Assembly (NCBI GenBank): GCA_009774345.1
Contig: VSNR01000002.1
Coordinates: 4,605 to 68,604 of the forward strand
Source of the DNA: Lachnospiraceae bacterium
GTDB lineage: Bacteria; Bacillota; Clostridia; Lachnospirales; Lachnospiraceae
DNA: 64,000 nucleotides
Reading direction: 5' to 3'
Position numbers and translations under genes: made by a program
Shown here: one piece after another, positions 49,213 through 59,784 of the stretch
How the letters are laid out: each line of letters begins with the position of its first letter
Position numbering within the stretch: position 1 is the stretch's first letter
The notes under the pieces: model-generated
Seen by the model: the letters and a program-made list of their open reading frames with translations, nothing else
What the model was told of the DNA's origin: nothing
Database searches by the model: none

Positions 49213-49995
49213 CTATAGCCGCCGAAAGACTGCCCTGAATGCCCAGAAAAACATGCAGTACACACTTTCTGCCACAGACAGCCGCTCCTGCCTGCGATAG
49301 AGATTCCATATCCGTCTCACCGCAGTCATCTTATTGGATGACAATGTGGCTGTACTTCTTCTATACTTGACCAGATTCCTGTCAATCCCATACCCCGCTC
49401 CGTATTTCTTTAAGATCTGCCACCATGTCGCTGTATCCTCACTGGCAATACACGGCATATAAATATCTTCATCTGGTATGATGTTCCTGTCAATCATCAC
49501 CGTGGACGTAAAAATCGTGGTATTTTTGAGCGCCTGCCTGTAATGAATCTGCTCTGGCACATGCACCACTTTTCCAAGTCCCTTCCCCGAAGTGTCTGCA
49601 AACTCGTATCCCATAAATACAAAACCAGCCCTCGGATTCATCATTTCCTGTATCTTACGAAGCTGTTCTAACTGTGTTTCTAACTTCTCAGGAAGCCAGA
49701 GATCATCTGCGTCCAAAAAGCACAGATACTGCCCGCATGCCTCCTGCACGCCGCGGTTTCTCGCCTTTGCAGTACCGCCGTTTTCCTCCTGCACAACCAG
49801 CCGGAGCCGCTCATCCCTGGCGCATTCCTGCCGTATGATCTCCCTGCTGTTGTCCTGCGAACAGTCATCCACCAGCAAGAGCTCCCACGCGCGGTATGTC
49901 TGCGCCTGCACGGAATAAATGGTTTCTGCAATAAACGCCCCCGCATTGTAGACCGGAACCACGATGCTCACAAGACCGCTCTCTCTCCTATCCAT
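49213..49995 (-). CDS. GT2 glycosyltransferase (TuaG-like)
   Basis: VSIVVPVYN, DDCSQD, FLDADDLW, SED, LSSNK. Confidence 0.88.
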   Translation of the reverse strand: MDRRESGLVSIVVPVYNAGAFIAETIYSVQAQTYRAWELLLVDDCSQDNSREIIRQECARDERLRLVVQEENGGTAKARNRGVQEACGQYLCFLDADDLWLPEKLETQLEQLRKIQEMMNPRAGFVFMGYEFADTSGKGLGKVVHVPEQIHYRQALKNTTIFTSTVMIDRNIIPDEDIYMPCIASEDTATWWQILKKYGAGYGIDRNLVKYRRSTATLSSNKMTAVRRIWNLYRRQERLSVAESVYCMFFWAFRAVFRRL

Positions 49996-49996
49996 A

Positions 49997-50938
49997 CTAA
50001 AATTCTTCCTTCACAAGATACTTGGGCCTGTCCTTTACTTCCATGTACATCTTGCTCATATACTGCCCCATAATGCCAAGGCACAACAGCTGTACGCCGC
50101 CAATCAGCGAGATAATGCACATCATGGAAGGCCATCCCGCGACAGGGTCCCCGTAAATCAGCGCTTTGACAAAGATAAAGATCATAAACACAAAAGCGAC
50201 CAGACAGAATAACATTCCAAACACCGAGGCAATGGAGAGCGGCGCCGTAGAAAAAGCCATAATCCCATCTAACGAGTACAGAAACAGCTTCCAGAAAGAC
50301 CACTTGGTCTCCCCTGCCACGCGCTGTACATTCTCGTATTCAATCCACTTCGTCCGAAATCCAACCCATCCAAAAATTCCCTTCGAGAACCGGTTGTACT
50401 CCCGCATCGCCAGAATGGCATCTGTCACCTGCCTCGTCATCAGGCGGTAATCCCGCGCGCCGTCCACAATCTCTGTCTTCGATATCTTCCGCATCAGCCC
50501 ATAAAAGCGCCTTGCAAAGAAGGAGCGGATCGGCGGCTCTCCCTTCCTGTCTACACGTCTCGTCGCAACGGAATCATAGCCCTCTTCTATATAACGGTAC
50601 ATCTCGGGCAGGATTGCGGGAGGGTCCTGCAAGTCTGCATCCATCAGCACCGTATAGTCCCCGGATGCCTTCTCAAGCCCAGCGATGATGGCAGCCTCCT
50701 TGCCAAAATTTCTTGAAAAGGAGACAAGATGCACGCGGTCATCCTTGTCTCTGAGCGCTCTCACCGCATCGATTGTACCATCCTTTGACCCGTCATCCAC
50801 AAATATAAATTCAAACTCCACATCCTTCTCATGAAAAAAAGTCTCCTGTTTCACGGTTTCTGCGTAAAAAAACGGTATACTTTTCTCCTCGTTATAGCAT
50901 GGCACTATAATACTCAAAATTTTGGTATCTGCCTTCAA
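49997..50938 (-). CDS. GT2 polyprenyl-phosphate glycosyltransferase (GtrB/CsbB-like)
   Basis: PCYNEE, DDGSKD, FSRNFGKEAA, MDADLQDPP and two C-terminal TM helices. Confidence 0.9.
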   Translation of the reverse strand: MKADTKILSIIVPCYNEEKSIPFFYAETVKQETFFHEKDVEFEFIFVDDGSKDGTIDAVRALRDKDDRVHLVSFSRNFGKEAAIIAGLEKASGDYTVLMDADLQDPPAILPEMYRYIEEGYDSVATRRVDRKGEPPIRSFFARRFYGLMRKISKTEIVDGARDYRLMTRQVTDAILAMREYNRFSKGIFGWVGFRTKWIEYENVQRVAGETKWSFWKLFLYSLDGIMAFSTAPLSIASVFGMLFCLVAFVFMIFIFVKALIYGDPVAGWPSMMCIISLIGGVQLLCLGIMGQYMSKMYMEVKDRPKYLVKEEF

Positions 50939-50962
50939 CTGTCTCTTCCTCCCATTCCCAAT

Positions 50963-51340
50963 TCAATCCCATGAATCCATCGCCGGCATGGCATGTTCCA
51001 CCAACTTCTCTATGACCTCCGTATTTGTCGGTCTGCTCGTGCCATCGCCGTATATTTCCTGAAATACGCTCTTCAAAGTCTCTGGATTTCCATTGGTCCA
51101 TGCAGTTTCTATCGCATTTCGTATCGCACGTTCCACCTGTTTGTCTGTCGTATCAAAACGCTTTGCCACCTCAGGATACAAGCGTTTTGTGACCGAGGCC
51201 AGGACCTCAGGCTCATAAAAAGCGATACAGACTGCCTCCCGCAGATAGCGGTACCCTTTTTGCCTTGCCTGAAATCCACATTTCACCATATGGTATGTAG
51301 TTCGCCCAAACACACTCACTCTCGAACACTCATCATCCAT
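50963..51340 (-). CDS. Stand-alone Spo0A C-terminal DNA-binding domain protein
   Basis: KGYRYLREA, VTKRLYPEVAKRF, VERAIRNAIETAW, RPTNTE; no receiver domain. Confidence 0.85.
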   Translation of the reverse strand: MDDECSRVSVFGRTTYHMVKCGFQARQKGYRYLREAVCIAFYEPEVLASVTKRLYPEVAKRFDTTDKQVERAIRNAIETAWTNGNPETLKSVFQEIYGDGTSRPTNTEVIEKLVEHAMPAMDSWD

Positions 51341-51396
51341 ATTTCTTTAATCACACCCTAATTTGCTTTCTTCCTCAGTCATCTCCTCACAAATCT

Positions 51397-52338
51397 TTAT
51401 AGTCTGGCATCCTCCACATTTTCCCTGAACCAGTCGTAGGCAAGCTGCACGCCCTCCTCGAGCTCAATCTTATGCGTCCAGCCAAGATTGTGCAGTTTCG
51501 TCACATCCGTCAGCTTTCGCGGTGTCCCGTCAGGCATTTCTTTGTTCCAGACAATCTCGCCTTCATACCCTACTACGCGGCGGACAATCTCCGCCAGCTC
51601 ACGAATCGTCACTTCCTTGCCTGTGCCGATATTCACATGCTGTTCCCCGTCATAATGTTCGAGCAGAAAGACACAGGCATCTGCCATATCGTCCACATGC
51701 AAAAATTCGCGCAGCGGTGTACCTGTCCCCCACAGCTCTACACTCGGCGCGTTGTTGACTTTTGCATCATGAAATTTTCGGATGATCGCCGGCATCACAT
51801 GCGAGCCCGACAGATCATAATTGTCATAAGGCCCATACAGGTTCGTCGGCATACAGCTGATAAAGTCATCTCCATACTGCCGCTTAAAGAACTTGCACAT
51901 CTCAAGCCCGGCAATCTTTGCGACCGCATACGCCTCGTTCGTCTCCTCAAGCGGTCCTGTCAGAAGCGCATCCTCCGGGATTGGCTGGGGCGCCATCTTG
52001 GGATAAATGCAGGTGCTCCCGAGAAAAAGCAGCTTTTTCACCCCAAAATCATGACAGCATTTGACCACATTACATTGAATCTGCATATTCTCGTAGGCAA
52101 ATTCTGCCGGCGCCGTATTGTTGGCATTGATGCCGCCGACCTTTGCCGCCGCAAGCACCACTACATCCGGCCGCTGCTCTGCAAAAAAATCTCTCACTGC
52201 CTGCTGGCTTGTAAGGTCGAGCTCCTTGTGCGTCCTACAGATCAGGTTGGTGTATCCCTTCTCCTCAAGATTTCTGACAATAGCAGAGCCCACAAGTCCC
52301 CGGTGCCCTGCTACATAGATTTTATCTGACTTATTCAT
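51397..52338 (-). CDS. fcl: GDP-L-fucose synthase
   Basis: [38 protein letters not shown]; start MNKSDK. Confidence 0.94.
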   Translation of the reverse strand: MNKSDKIYVAGHRGLVGSAIVRNLEEKGYTNLICRTHKELDLTSQQAVRDFFAEQRPDVVVLAAAKVGGINANNTAPAEFAYENMQIQCNVVKCCHDFGVKKLLFLGSTCIYPKMAPQPIPEDALLTGPLEETNEAYAVAKIAGLEMCKFFKRQYGDDFISCMPTNLYGPYDNYDLSGSHVMPAIIRKFHDAKVNNAPSVELWGTGTPLREFLHVDDMADACVFLLEHYDGEQHVNIGTGKEVTIRELAEIVRRVVGYEGEIVWNKEMPDGTPRKLTDVTKLHNLGWTHKIELEEGVQLAYDWFRENVEDARL

Positions 52339-53410
52339 CATTTCCTCCGTTCTTTTGCCGGTACGCTGCGCATGAGATTCCTGCGACCTCACGCAGATCG
52401 GCGTCCATCATCATAGAGACAAGCCCGCGGAAATCCACTTTTCTCTTCCATCCAAGCTCTTTTTCCGCCTTCGATGCATTTCCCCACAGAAACTCCACTT
52501 CTGCCGGGCGGTAAAACTCAGGATTGACATCCACAAGCAGTTTTCCACTTTTCATGTCATATCCTTTCTCATGAACGCCTTCCCCCTCCCAGCGGATGCT
52601 GATCCCAAGCTCTGCAAATGCTGCCTCGACAAACTGGCGTACGGTATGCGTCTCATTCGTAGCGAGCACATAATCGCCGGGTGCCTTCTGCTGAAGCATC
52701 AGCCACATGCCTTCCACATAATCACCGGCATATCCCCAGTCACGCTTTGCATTCATATTCCCAAGAGAAATCTTCTCCTGCTTACCGGCAACAATATTGG
52801 CGATGGCAAGGGTAATCTTTCTCGTGACAAAATTCTCACCGCGCCTTGGGGACTCGTGATTGAATAAAATACCATTGCACGCAAACATATTGTAGGATTC
52901 CCTGTAATTGACCGTAATCCAGTACGAGTAGAGCTTCGCCACGCCATAGGGGCTCTTGGGATAAAACGGCGTCTCCTCACTCTGCGGCGCTGTCTCCGGC
53001 AGTCCGCCAAAAAGCTCTGAGGTTGAAGCCTGATAATAACGACAGTTTCCGCCATTTACGCGGATTGCCTCTAGCAGCTTCAACGTGCTCACGCCCGTCG
53101 CGTCCGCAGTGTACTCCGGCACTTCAAAGGACACCCCCACATGCGACTGCGCAGCGAGATTATAGACCTCTGTCGGACGGATTTCCCCGATAATACGCAT
53201 CAGGTTGGAGGAGTCTGTCGTATCTGCAAAATGCAGGAAAAATTTGACTTTGTAATACTCTGATTTGATCAGATGGTCAATGCGCATCGTGTTCGAAATG
53301 CTGTGTCTTCTGATCAATCCATGCACTTCATATCCTTTTGCGAGCAAAAACTCTGCAAGATACGAACCATCCTGTCCTGTGATTCCTGTGATCAATGCTA
53401 TATTATTCAT
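52331..53410 (-). CDS. gmd: GDP-mannose 4,6-dehydratase
   Basis: [35 protein letters not shown]. Confidence 0.95.
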   Translation of the reverse strand: MNNIALITGITGQDGSYLAEFLLAKGYEVHGLIRRHSISNTMRIDHLIKSEYYKVKFFLHFADTTDSSNLMRIIGEIRPTEVYNLAAQSHVGVSFEVPEYTADATGVSTLKLLEAIRVNGGNCRYYQASTSELFGGLPETAPQSEETPFYPKSPYGVAKLYSYWITVNYRESYNMFACNGILFNHESPRRGENFVTRKITLAIANIVAGKQEKISLGNMNAKRDWGYAGDYVEGMWLMLQQKAPGDYVLATNETHTVRQFVEAAFAELGISIRWEGEGVHEKGYDMKSGKLLVDVNPEFYRPAEVEFLWGNASKAEKELGWKRKVDFRGLVSMMMDADLREVAGISCAAYRQKNGGNDE

Positions 53411-53460
53411 ATATGCCCTATTTCCTTTCCCACTTCCAATATATTCCTTTTTACTTTCTT

Positions 53461-53489
53461 AGTATACAGAACCTTTCTCAAATTGACAA
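53461..53489 (-). promoter_or_regulatory. Putative sigma-A promoter for gmd-fcl and downstream genes
   Basis: TTGTCA-17 nt-TATACT; the -35 lies within the last codons of rmlD. Confidence 0.65.
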
Positions 53490-54350
53490 GCTCTTTATAT
53501 AGTCCGCGATCGCCTTTTCCCAATCCGCAAACCGGTAGTCTGTCGTCAGCCGCAGCATATAGTTGTCCAGCACGGAGTACGCCGGTCTTGGCGCCACGAT
53601 TCCTGTTGTATTTTTGTCATACTCCTCTGTCGTAACAGTCTCCACCACCGTAGAAATCCCCGCAAGCCCGTAAAACGCCCGCGTGAAATCTGCCCAGTTT
53701 GTGACTCCCTCGCAAGTACCATGAAAGACACCGAAATTATCCGTCGGAAGCAGATGCGCAATCATTCCCGCAAGCTCATCCGCGCTGGTGGGGGAGCCAA
53801 ACTGGTCTCCAACCACAGTCACCTTGTCATGGTTCTTCGCCAGTCCAAGCATGGTTTTCACAAAATTCTTTCCATCGCCATACAGCCATGCGGTGCGGAC
53901 AATAAAGTATTCCTTGGCAAACTCTTTTACAAAATACTCTCCCGCAAGCTTTGTTTTTCCATATACAGTTTTGGGCGCCGTGGCATCAAACTCTGTGTAG
54001 GGGGTGCTGGCATGTCCGTCAAACACATAATCTGTAGAAATATGCATCAGCTTCGCATGAACTCTTGACGCCGCAATACTCAGATTCCTCGGGCCAATCG
54101 CATTGATCTTATAGGCGTTGTCAACATCGGTCTCACAGGCATTGACATTGGTGTGCGCTGCACAGTTTATAATCGCATACGGTTTTACCTCAGACACAAA
54201 CTTGTCCACCGCCTCAATCTGCGTGATGTCAAGCTCCGCCACATCGGTATTCACGCATTCATACTCAGTACTGTTTTGATAGATTTTGTTGATTGCACGC
54301 CCCAGCTGTCCATTGCAGCCGGTGACGATAATTTTTTTGCTCGCACTCAT
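53478..54350 (-). CDS. rmlD: dTDP-4-dehydrorhamnose reductase
   Basis: GCNGQLG, STDYVFDG, YGKTK, DQFGSPT, PRPAYS. Confidence 0.93.
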   Translation of the reverse strand: MSASKKIIVTGCNGQLGRAINKIYQNSTEYECVNTDVAELDITQIEAVDKFVSEVKPYAIINCAAHTNVNACETDVDNAYKINAIGPRNLSIAASRVHAKLMHISTDYVFDGHASTPYTEFDATAPKTVYGKTKLAGEYFVKEFAKEYFIVRTAWLYGDGKNFVKTMLGLAKNHDKVTVVGDQFGSPTSADELAGMIAHLLPTDNFGVFHGTCEGVTNWADFTRAFYGLAGISTVVETVTTEEYDKNTTGIVAPRPAYSVLDNYMLRLTTDYRFADWEKAIADYIKSLSI

Positions 54351-54412
54351 CTTCTCCTGTTTCCTTTCGTTCTATATTATCTTTTCTCATATAAATAAAG
54401 TCTATTCATCAA

Positions 54413-54441
54413 AGTAGGAGGAATACACCCTTCCTCCTACT
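54413..54441 (-). terminator. Hairpin, probable intrinsic terminator after HPr
   Basis: 11-bp perfect stem AGTAGGAGGAA / TTCCTCCTACT; short U tract. Confidence 0.65.
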
Positions 54442-54700
54442 CACCCAATCCATTCTCTATGACACGAACCATGGCTGCCAAAGCCTCATTTTCGTCGGAG
54501 CCTTCACAGAACAGCTCGATCTCATCCCCGCTCTTGATACATGCGCCCAGCACACTCAGCACACTCTTTGCATTCGCTGTATTCCCGCGGAAAGTAAATG
54601 TTATATGCGAGCTAAACTGCATTGCTTCCTTGCACAAGATTCCTGCCGGGCGCAGATGCAGACCCGTAGGATTTTTAATAACCACCTTCTGACCAACCAT
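54437..54700 (-). CDS. ptsH: HPr family phosphocarrier protein
   Basis: GLHLRPA (His15 equivalent), NAKSVLSVL (Ser46 equivalent), 87 aa; could be a paralogue. Confidence 0.85.
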   Translation of the reverse strand: MVGQKVVIKNPTGLHLRPAGILCKEAMQFSSHITFTFRGNTANAKSVLSVLGACIKSGDEIELFCEGSDENEALAAMVRVIENGLGE

Positions 54701-54728
54701 ATCTTTCGCACCTCCTGTACTTCTCTGG

Positions 54729-56078
54729 TCACAGCATCACATTTTGTATCAGCTCTGCCAGCTCCCGCGCCTCTCTCTCAATCATCCGCTGGTCTTTGCC
54801 CTCGATCATCACGCGCACGAGCGGCTCCGTACCCGAAGGGCGGATCAAAACTCTGCCTTCATCTGCAAATTTTGCGTTCACATGTTCGATTGCCTCTGCA
54901 ATCTCTGTGTATTCCATATAACTGTTTTTCTTGTGATTTGGCACCTTTGCTCCCACAAGCGCCTGCGGGTATACGGTCATGACCGCCGCAAGCTCCGAGA
55001 GGGGTTTGCCCGTCTCCACCATAACCTGCAACAGATGCAGCGCGCTGAGCAGTCCGTCACCCGTTGTATTCTCATCTAGGAAAATAATGTGTCCCGACTG
55101 TTCCCCGCCAAGATTTGCCCCGATCTCAAGCATCCGCTCCATCACATAGCGGTCTCCGACTGTCGTCTGCTCGATATGGATGCCATGCTCCTTTCCCATG
55201 CGGAAAAATCCAAGGTTGCTCATCACTGTAGCAACGATTGTATTATCTTTTAACGTCCCTTTCTCCTTCATATGGTTGCCGACGATCGCCATGATCACAT
55301 CCCCGTCAACCTGATTTCCATTTTCATCGACAGCGAGCAGCCTGTCGGCATCGCCGTCAAACGCCAGCCCCACATTCGCCTTCTCATACACGACGCGCGC
55401 CTGCAATTCCTCCATGTGCGTAGAACCGCAGTTCGCATTGATATTCGTGCCGTCTGGATTATTGTGTATGGCCACAATCTCTGCGCCAAGCTCCTTGAGC
55501 GTCTCCACAGAAGTATAGTAAGAAGCGCCCTCCGCACAGTCCACCACAATCTTCATACCGCTCAAATCCACAGGAACCGCCTGCACCGTATGATTGATAT
55601 ACTCCTCCCTCGCGTCTGTGCGGTACTTGATCTTCCCCACACTCGGCCCCGTCGGAAACTGGATATCTTTCATGCCGTTTCGAATCAGCGCCTCGATCTC
55701 ATCCTCCATTGAATCCGGCAGCTTAAAGCCTTTTCCGTCAAAAAATTTGATGCCGTTAAACTCCACTGGATTGTGCGATGCCGAGATCACGACTCCCGCA
55801 TCCACTCTGTACTTCTGTGTCAGATAGGCAATCGCCGGCGTGGGCACAACCCCCACATACACCACATTCGCCCCGACAGAGCAGGCGCCTGCCATCAGGG
55901 CATTCGCCAGCATATCCCCTGAGATCCGCGTATCACAGCCCACCATGATTGTCGGCTTATGCGCGTTCTCCTTCGAGAGCACATACGCTCCTGCCTGCCC
56001 TAACTGCATCGCCAAAAGCGGTGTCAGCTCATCATTTGCTACTCCTCTGACGCCATCTGTTCCAAATAATCTAGCCAT
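54729..56078 (-). CDS. glmM: Phosphoglucosamine mutase
   Basis: FGTDGVRG, SASHNP, DGDADR, GGEQSGH, RPSGTEP. Confidence 0.96.
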   Translation of the reverse strand: MARLFGTDGVRGVANDELTPLLAMQLGQAGAYVLSKENAHKPTIMVGCDTRISGDMLANALMAGACSVGANVVYVGVVPTPAIAYLTQKYRVDAGVVISASHNPVEFNGIKFFDGKGFKLPDSMEDEIEALIRNGMKDIQFPTGPSVGKIKYRTDAREEYINHTVQAVPVDLSGMKIVVDCAEGASYYTSVETLKELGAEIVAIHNNPDGTNINANCGSTHMEELQARVVYEKANVGLAFDGDADRLLAVDENGNQVDGDVIMAIVGNHMKEKGTLKDNTIVATVMSNLGFFRMGKEHGIHIEQTTVGDRYVMERMLEIGANLGGEQSGHIIFLDENTTGDGLLSALHLLQVMVETGKPLSELAAVMTVYPQALVGAKVPNHKKNSYMEYTEIAEAIEHVNAKFADEGRVLIRPSGTEPLVRVMIEGKDQRMIEREARELAELIQNVML

Positions 56079-56098
56079 TTGTTTCCATCCTCCAAAAC

Positions 56099-57469
56099 TT
56101 ATTCATTATTATTGTTCGTGCTGATATCATTATTATTCATCTCTTCACTCGGTTCCTGCTCTATTTCCTCCAAAACCACAGTCATCTGGTAAGGTTTTTC
56201 CAAGGTGACCGTATCCGGCAGATTAAATGTCAGCTCTCCCTGATAGACACCTGCACTCCATTCCGGCAGCTCGAGCTTCTGTAGGAGACTGTCCATATCG
56301 ACCACGCCGATCACGCTCTCCTCCATCACAGCATCCACTGCCGCTCTCGTTCCCGATATGCGGATTGTATAGTTCTCCTGCTCCTTGGCTTCTTTTAGCG
56401 TCACGTTCAGATTTTCAGGTTTGTTGCCAGCGGCAAAACCAGCCGCAAAATTTCTGGAAGGCACTTTCAGCTCTTTGGTCACAAGCTGCTCGATGCCGAC
56501 CGTCACACTCACATTGCCATTGAAACTGCTGTCGGCAAACTGCACGCCTGTCGGCAGATACTTCTTGATATTGACAATCGCCGTCTTGCTCTCCGTCAGA
56601 TCTTCCACGCTGAGCGCAGGGTCTGACACGACAATTCTGGAAACACCGTCTAATACGCTGCTTCTGCCTGCGATCACCACCGTCTCGGGCACGCTGACCA
56701 TCTCGCCGTTGACCACATAGCCCGATGCAGGCTCATCTGGCACCACAAAACTCAGAGGAACAATCTTTGTCGCAAGGATAGACACTGCCACATCCACTGT
56801 CGTGATATTGAGCTTAATGGAATTGTTTCGGATCTCATTGCCCGCCGCATCATAAATCTTCAAGTCCGCTGTCGTATTGATATCTGACGAGTAGCCATTG
56901 ATGTTGATGACCGCCTCAATATGGTCAATCTGGTTAATCAGGGACTCTGGTCCAGAATAGCGCACGACATTCTGGCTCGGTGTGATACCCCCAACCACAT
57001 AACCTGATGCAGGCTCTCCTGTAGTCGATACATTGATCACCTTCTGGTCACGGTCCATCTTCTCGATCGCAAGCTTCACATTGTCAATATTCGTCCTAAA
57101 TTCCAGCTCTGAATTGTTGCGCGTGCTCGACACCCGGATTCCCACCGTATTCATAAACGTCAGCTCAGACATATCCGCGACCGCTTTCAAATCATCTCTT
57201 GTCACATAGTCAAACACAGAACTTTTGCCGATCGCTGTGACATTGACGGTGTCTGTCCCGTCCAGCACCTCATAGACCTTGCCCTCATTCGTGATGAGGT
57301 CTGCATTGATGATCTCTACTGGAATATTGTTAAAGACTTTTTTCTCCACCGGATCGGTAATGCTGTCCACCATAAACCACAGACCGCAGGATATGACGAC
57401 TGCCAACAGCTTGAGCCCAATATTGTTTGTGATCATGCCAACTGCTTTCTTCAAGATACTACTTTTCAT
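56099..57469 (-). CDS. cdaR: YbbR-domain regulator of CdaA
   Basis: KLLAVVISCGLWFMV anchor, repeated beta-rich YbbR-like domains, located between cdaA and glmM. Confidence 0.88.
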   Translation of the reverse strand: MKSSILKKAVGMITNNIGLKLLAVVISCGLWFMVDSITDPVEKKVFNNIPVEIINADLITNEGKVYEVLDGTDTVNVTAIGKSSVFDYVTRDDLKAVADMSELTFMNTVGIRVSSTRNNSELEFRTNIDNVKLAIEKMDRDQKVINVSTTGEPASGYVVGGITPSQNVVRYSGPESLINQIDHIEAVININGYSSDINTTADLKIYDAAGNEIRNNSIKLNITTVDVAVSILATKIVPLSFVVPDEPASGYVVNGEMVSVPETVVIAGRSSVLDGVSRIVVSDPALSVEDLTESKTAIVNIKKYLPTGVQFADSSFNGNVSVTVGIEQLVTKELKVPSRNFAAGFAAGNKPENLNVTLKEAKEQENYTIRISGTRAAVDAVMEESVIGVVDMDSLLQKLELPEWSAGVYQGELTFNLPDTVTLEKPYQMTVVLEEIEQEPSEEMNNNDISTNNNNE

Positions 57470-58340
57470 CCTTAGCCCTACCTTTCCAGAGCCTGCGCTT
57501 CTTATTGTCCTCCACTTCTTTATTCTGTATCATACTGATCTTCTCCCGCAGCCCGTTCGCGTCAAGATTGCGGTAGAGTTTTCCCTCATAGGTGACGCTG
57601 ACATGCCCTGTCTCCTCCGATACAATGATCGTGAGTGCGTCGGTGACTTCGGAGATTCCGATGCCTGCGCGGTGTCTGGTTCCCAGTTCCTTGCTGATGC
57701 CCATATTGTCAGACAAGGGCAGATAGCAGGTCGCCGACACAATCCGGTTTCCCCGTATGATCACCGCACCATCGTGAAGCGGCGTATTATGTTCAAAGAT
57801 ATTGATGATCAGCTGGCTGGAAATCAGCCCATCCACCTCAATACCGGTTCTCTCGTACTCTGTGAGCAGCACATTCTGCTCGATCACCATCAATGCCCCT
57901 GTCTTGACCTTGCCCATCTCAAAGCTTGCCTTGACCAGATCATTGACTGTCTTGTCTGAGAAGCGCTCATCGGTCGGCTTTTCAAACGTGATCACATTCG
58001 TGATAAAACTTTTTCTGCCAAGCTCCTCCAAAGCATGCCGCAGCTCCGGCTGTAGGACAACAATCACCGCAATCACTGCAAGGCTCAGCACATTCTGCAC
58101 AATCCAGACAATCGTGTGCATTTTGAAAAAGACTGCCAGCAGAATAAATGCCATAATAATCATGATTCCCTTCATGAGCAGCCACACCTTCGTGTGCTTT
58201 GCCCATGCCATGATTTGATACAGTAAAAAGGATATAATGATAACCTCCACTATATCCTCCCACCTGATGTTAAAACTGCGCAGAGAAAAAGTCTCCGCCA
58301 TTGAACTAAGACGTTCAAGAATCATATCCATTTGATCCAT
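57459..58340 (-). CDS. cdaA: Diadenylate cyclase
   Basis: Three TM helices, QPELR, PLHDGA, LGTRHRAG, VSEETG. Confidence 0.95.
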   Translation of the reverse strand: MDQMDMILERLSSMAETFSLRSFNIRWEDIVEVIIISFLLYQIMAWAKHTKVWLLMKGIMIIMAFILLAVFFKMHTIVWIVQNVLSLAVIAVIVVLQPELRHALEELGRKSFITNVITFEKPTDERFSDKTVNDLVKASFEMGKVKTGALMVIEQNVLLTEYERTGIEVDGLISSQLIINIFEHNTPLHDGAVIIRGNRIVSATCYLPLSDNMGISKELGTRHRAGIGISEVTDALTIIVSEETGHVSVTYEGKLYRNLDANGLREKISMIQNKEVEDNKKRRLWKGRAKDEK

Positions 58341-58345
58341 CCCTC

Positions 58346-59305
58346 TTATCTATCCCTCTTCTGCTCTCTGACTGCCTTTTCGGGTACTCTGATTGTCTTC
58401 ACCCTTTTTTGTGGCGCCGCCACCGTATTCTTTGGAACTGCTTTCACATAATAGTAATACTCGTCATCCTCAAACTGCACATACTCTGTCCGCGAATAGT
58501 CTACATTAAAGACAAAAAATTCCAAAATTTTCGCCAAAATCACTGACAGGACACTGCCGACGATCAATCCCATAATGGAAAGTTTCGTATTATACATCAG
58601 ATCTCCAAACAAAAGAACCAGCACATCAAGAAGTGCCCCTGTAATGATCGCGATCGTCCATGCATAATCAACACTGAGTCTTCTGATAAAATAGACGACA
58701 ATCAACGTGCCGACAAAAGCCGCCAATGTCACATACATTGTTTTATTGTCCAGCATGCCATCAATAATATATCGAAATTTTTCCAGCGCGCCATCCTCCT
58801 CAAAAGTACTGAGAATCGACGCGCTTTCAATCATATATCCTATTGTATAGTACACAATTGCCCCGCTCGCCACGGAAACTGCCGAAAACGGAGTTCCTGC
58901 GAGTCCCACTGCAATCGGCATTACATAAGGAATCTTTAATACGAAACACAATGGTGTCAGCAGTACTGCTATTGTATCCTTTGGCGAAAAACGAAAATAG
59001 AGAATAAAAAGCAGCAAAAACACCACCAGCATAATCAGTGCACACTCCATCGAAAATTTATACAAATGACCAAGTGTTACTGCCGCAGCCGCAACCACAA
59101 TAAAATTCATCGGAAGAAATGAACACATGAGTGCCAGCACCAGCACGACTGCCGATTTTTTCAGTTCACTCATATAACCGATACTGCTGTTGATCATCAC
59201 CAACGTCACCAGTGCCAGAAAAAACTTAAAAACAGGCGTAAGATACAATTCATATTTACTGTAAAATTTTTTCAACTGTTCCCTAAAAACCAATAGGTCT
59301 GTCAT
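58346..59305 (-). CDS. Conserved-looking membrane protein of unknown function
   Basis: Hydrophobic; C-terminal DYSRTEYVQFEDDEYYYYVKAVPK; tightly packed in the operon. Confidence 0.75.
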   Translation of the reverse strand: MTDLLVFREQLKKFYSKYELYLTPVFKFFLALVTLVMINSSIGYMSELKKSAVVLVLALMCSFLPMNFIVVAAAAVTLGHLYKFSMECALIMLVVFLLLFILYFRFSPKDTIAVLLTPLCFVLKIPYVMPIAVGLAGTPFSAVSVASGAIVYYTIGYMIESASILSTFEEDGALEKFRYIIDGMLDNKTMYVTLAAFVGTLIVVYFIRRLSVDYAWTIAIITGALLDVLVLLFGDLMYNTKLSIMGLIVGSVLSVILAKILEFFVFNVDYSRTEYVQFEDDEYYYYVKAVPKNTVAAPQKRVKTIRVPEKAVREQKRDR

Positions 59306-59324
59306 AATTATTTCCTCTCTAGCC

Positions 59325-59735
59325 TTACTTTAAATCTCTGCTCTTCATCTCCCTTTCATACATATAGGAGAGTTTTTTGAGATTGTTGTAATATGTTTTA
59401 AGGCTTTTTCTAGCCTTTGTATACCGATAGGTATAAACCCCGTATGCAATAAATGCATACGTCGCCGTAAAGATCAGATAATAAATAATCACGGACTTCG
59501 CAAACTCCAGCAGATCCATCTTGTAAATCTCTGCCATAAACACTTCAAAATCGTATAAAATAAACATTGCAAATAAAAGGACATATGCAATTGTCGCACT
59601 GATAATAGACTTAATGACCTGCAATCCAATATAATCTCCACGAAAATAATTGCCAATTGCAACGTTCTTTCTTCCTTCTTCGGCCTCATAACACGCCATC
59701 TTGGTCATTAATCTTATTCTTTCCTCATTTAACAT
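59325..59735 (-). CDS. Small two-TM hypothetical protein
   Basis: MLNEERIRLMTKMA..., two hydrophobic stretches, AAGG RBS. Confidence 0.72.
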   Translation of the reverse strand: MLNEERIRLMTKMACYEAEEGRKNVAIGNYFRGDYIGLQVIKSIISATIAYVLLFAMFILYDFEVFMAEIYKMDLLEFAKSVIIYYLIFTATYAFIAYGVYTYRYTKARKSLKTYYNNLKKLSYMYEREMKSRDLK

Positions 59736-59784
59736 ACCTTTTTTCCTTCAGCAATTCTACTCACGCTCTGTCAGCCGATGCATG

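Noticed and set aside
50963..51340. Calling this gene spo0A or a spo0A pseudogene
   Set aside because: No receiver-domain remnant upstream (fcl ends 56 bp away) and no spoIVB context; it looks like an intact stand-alone domain.
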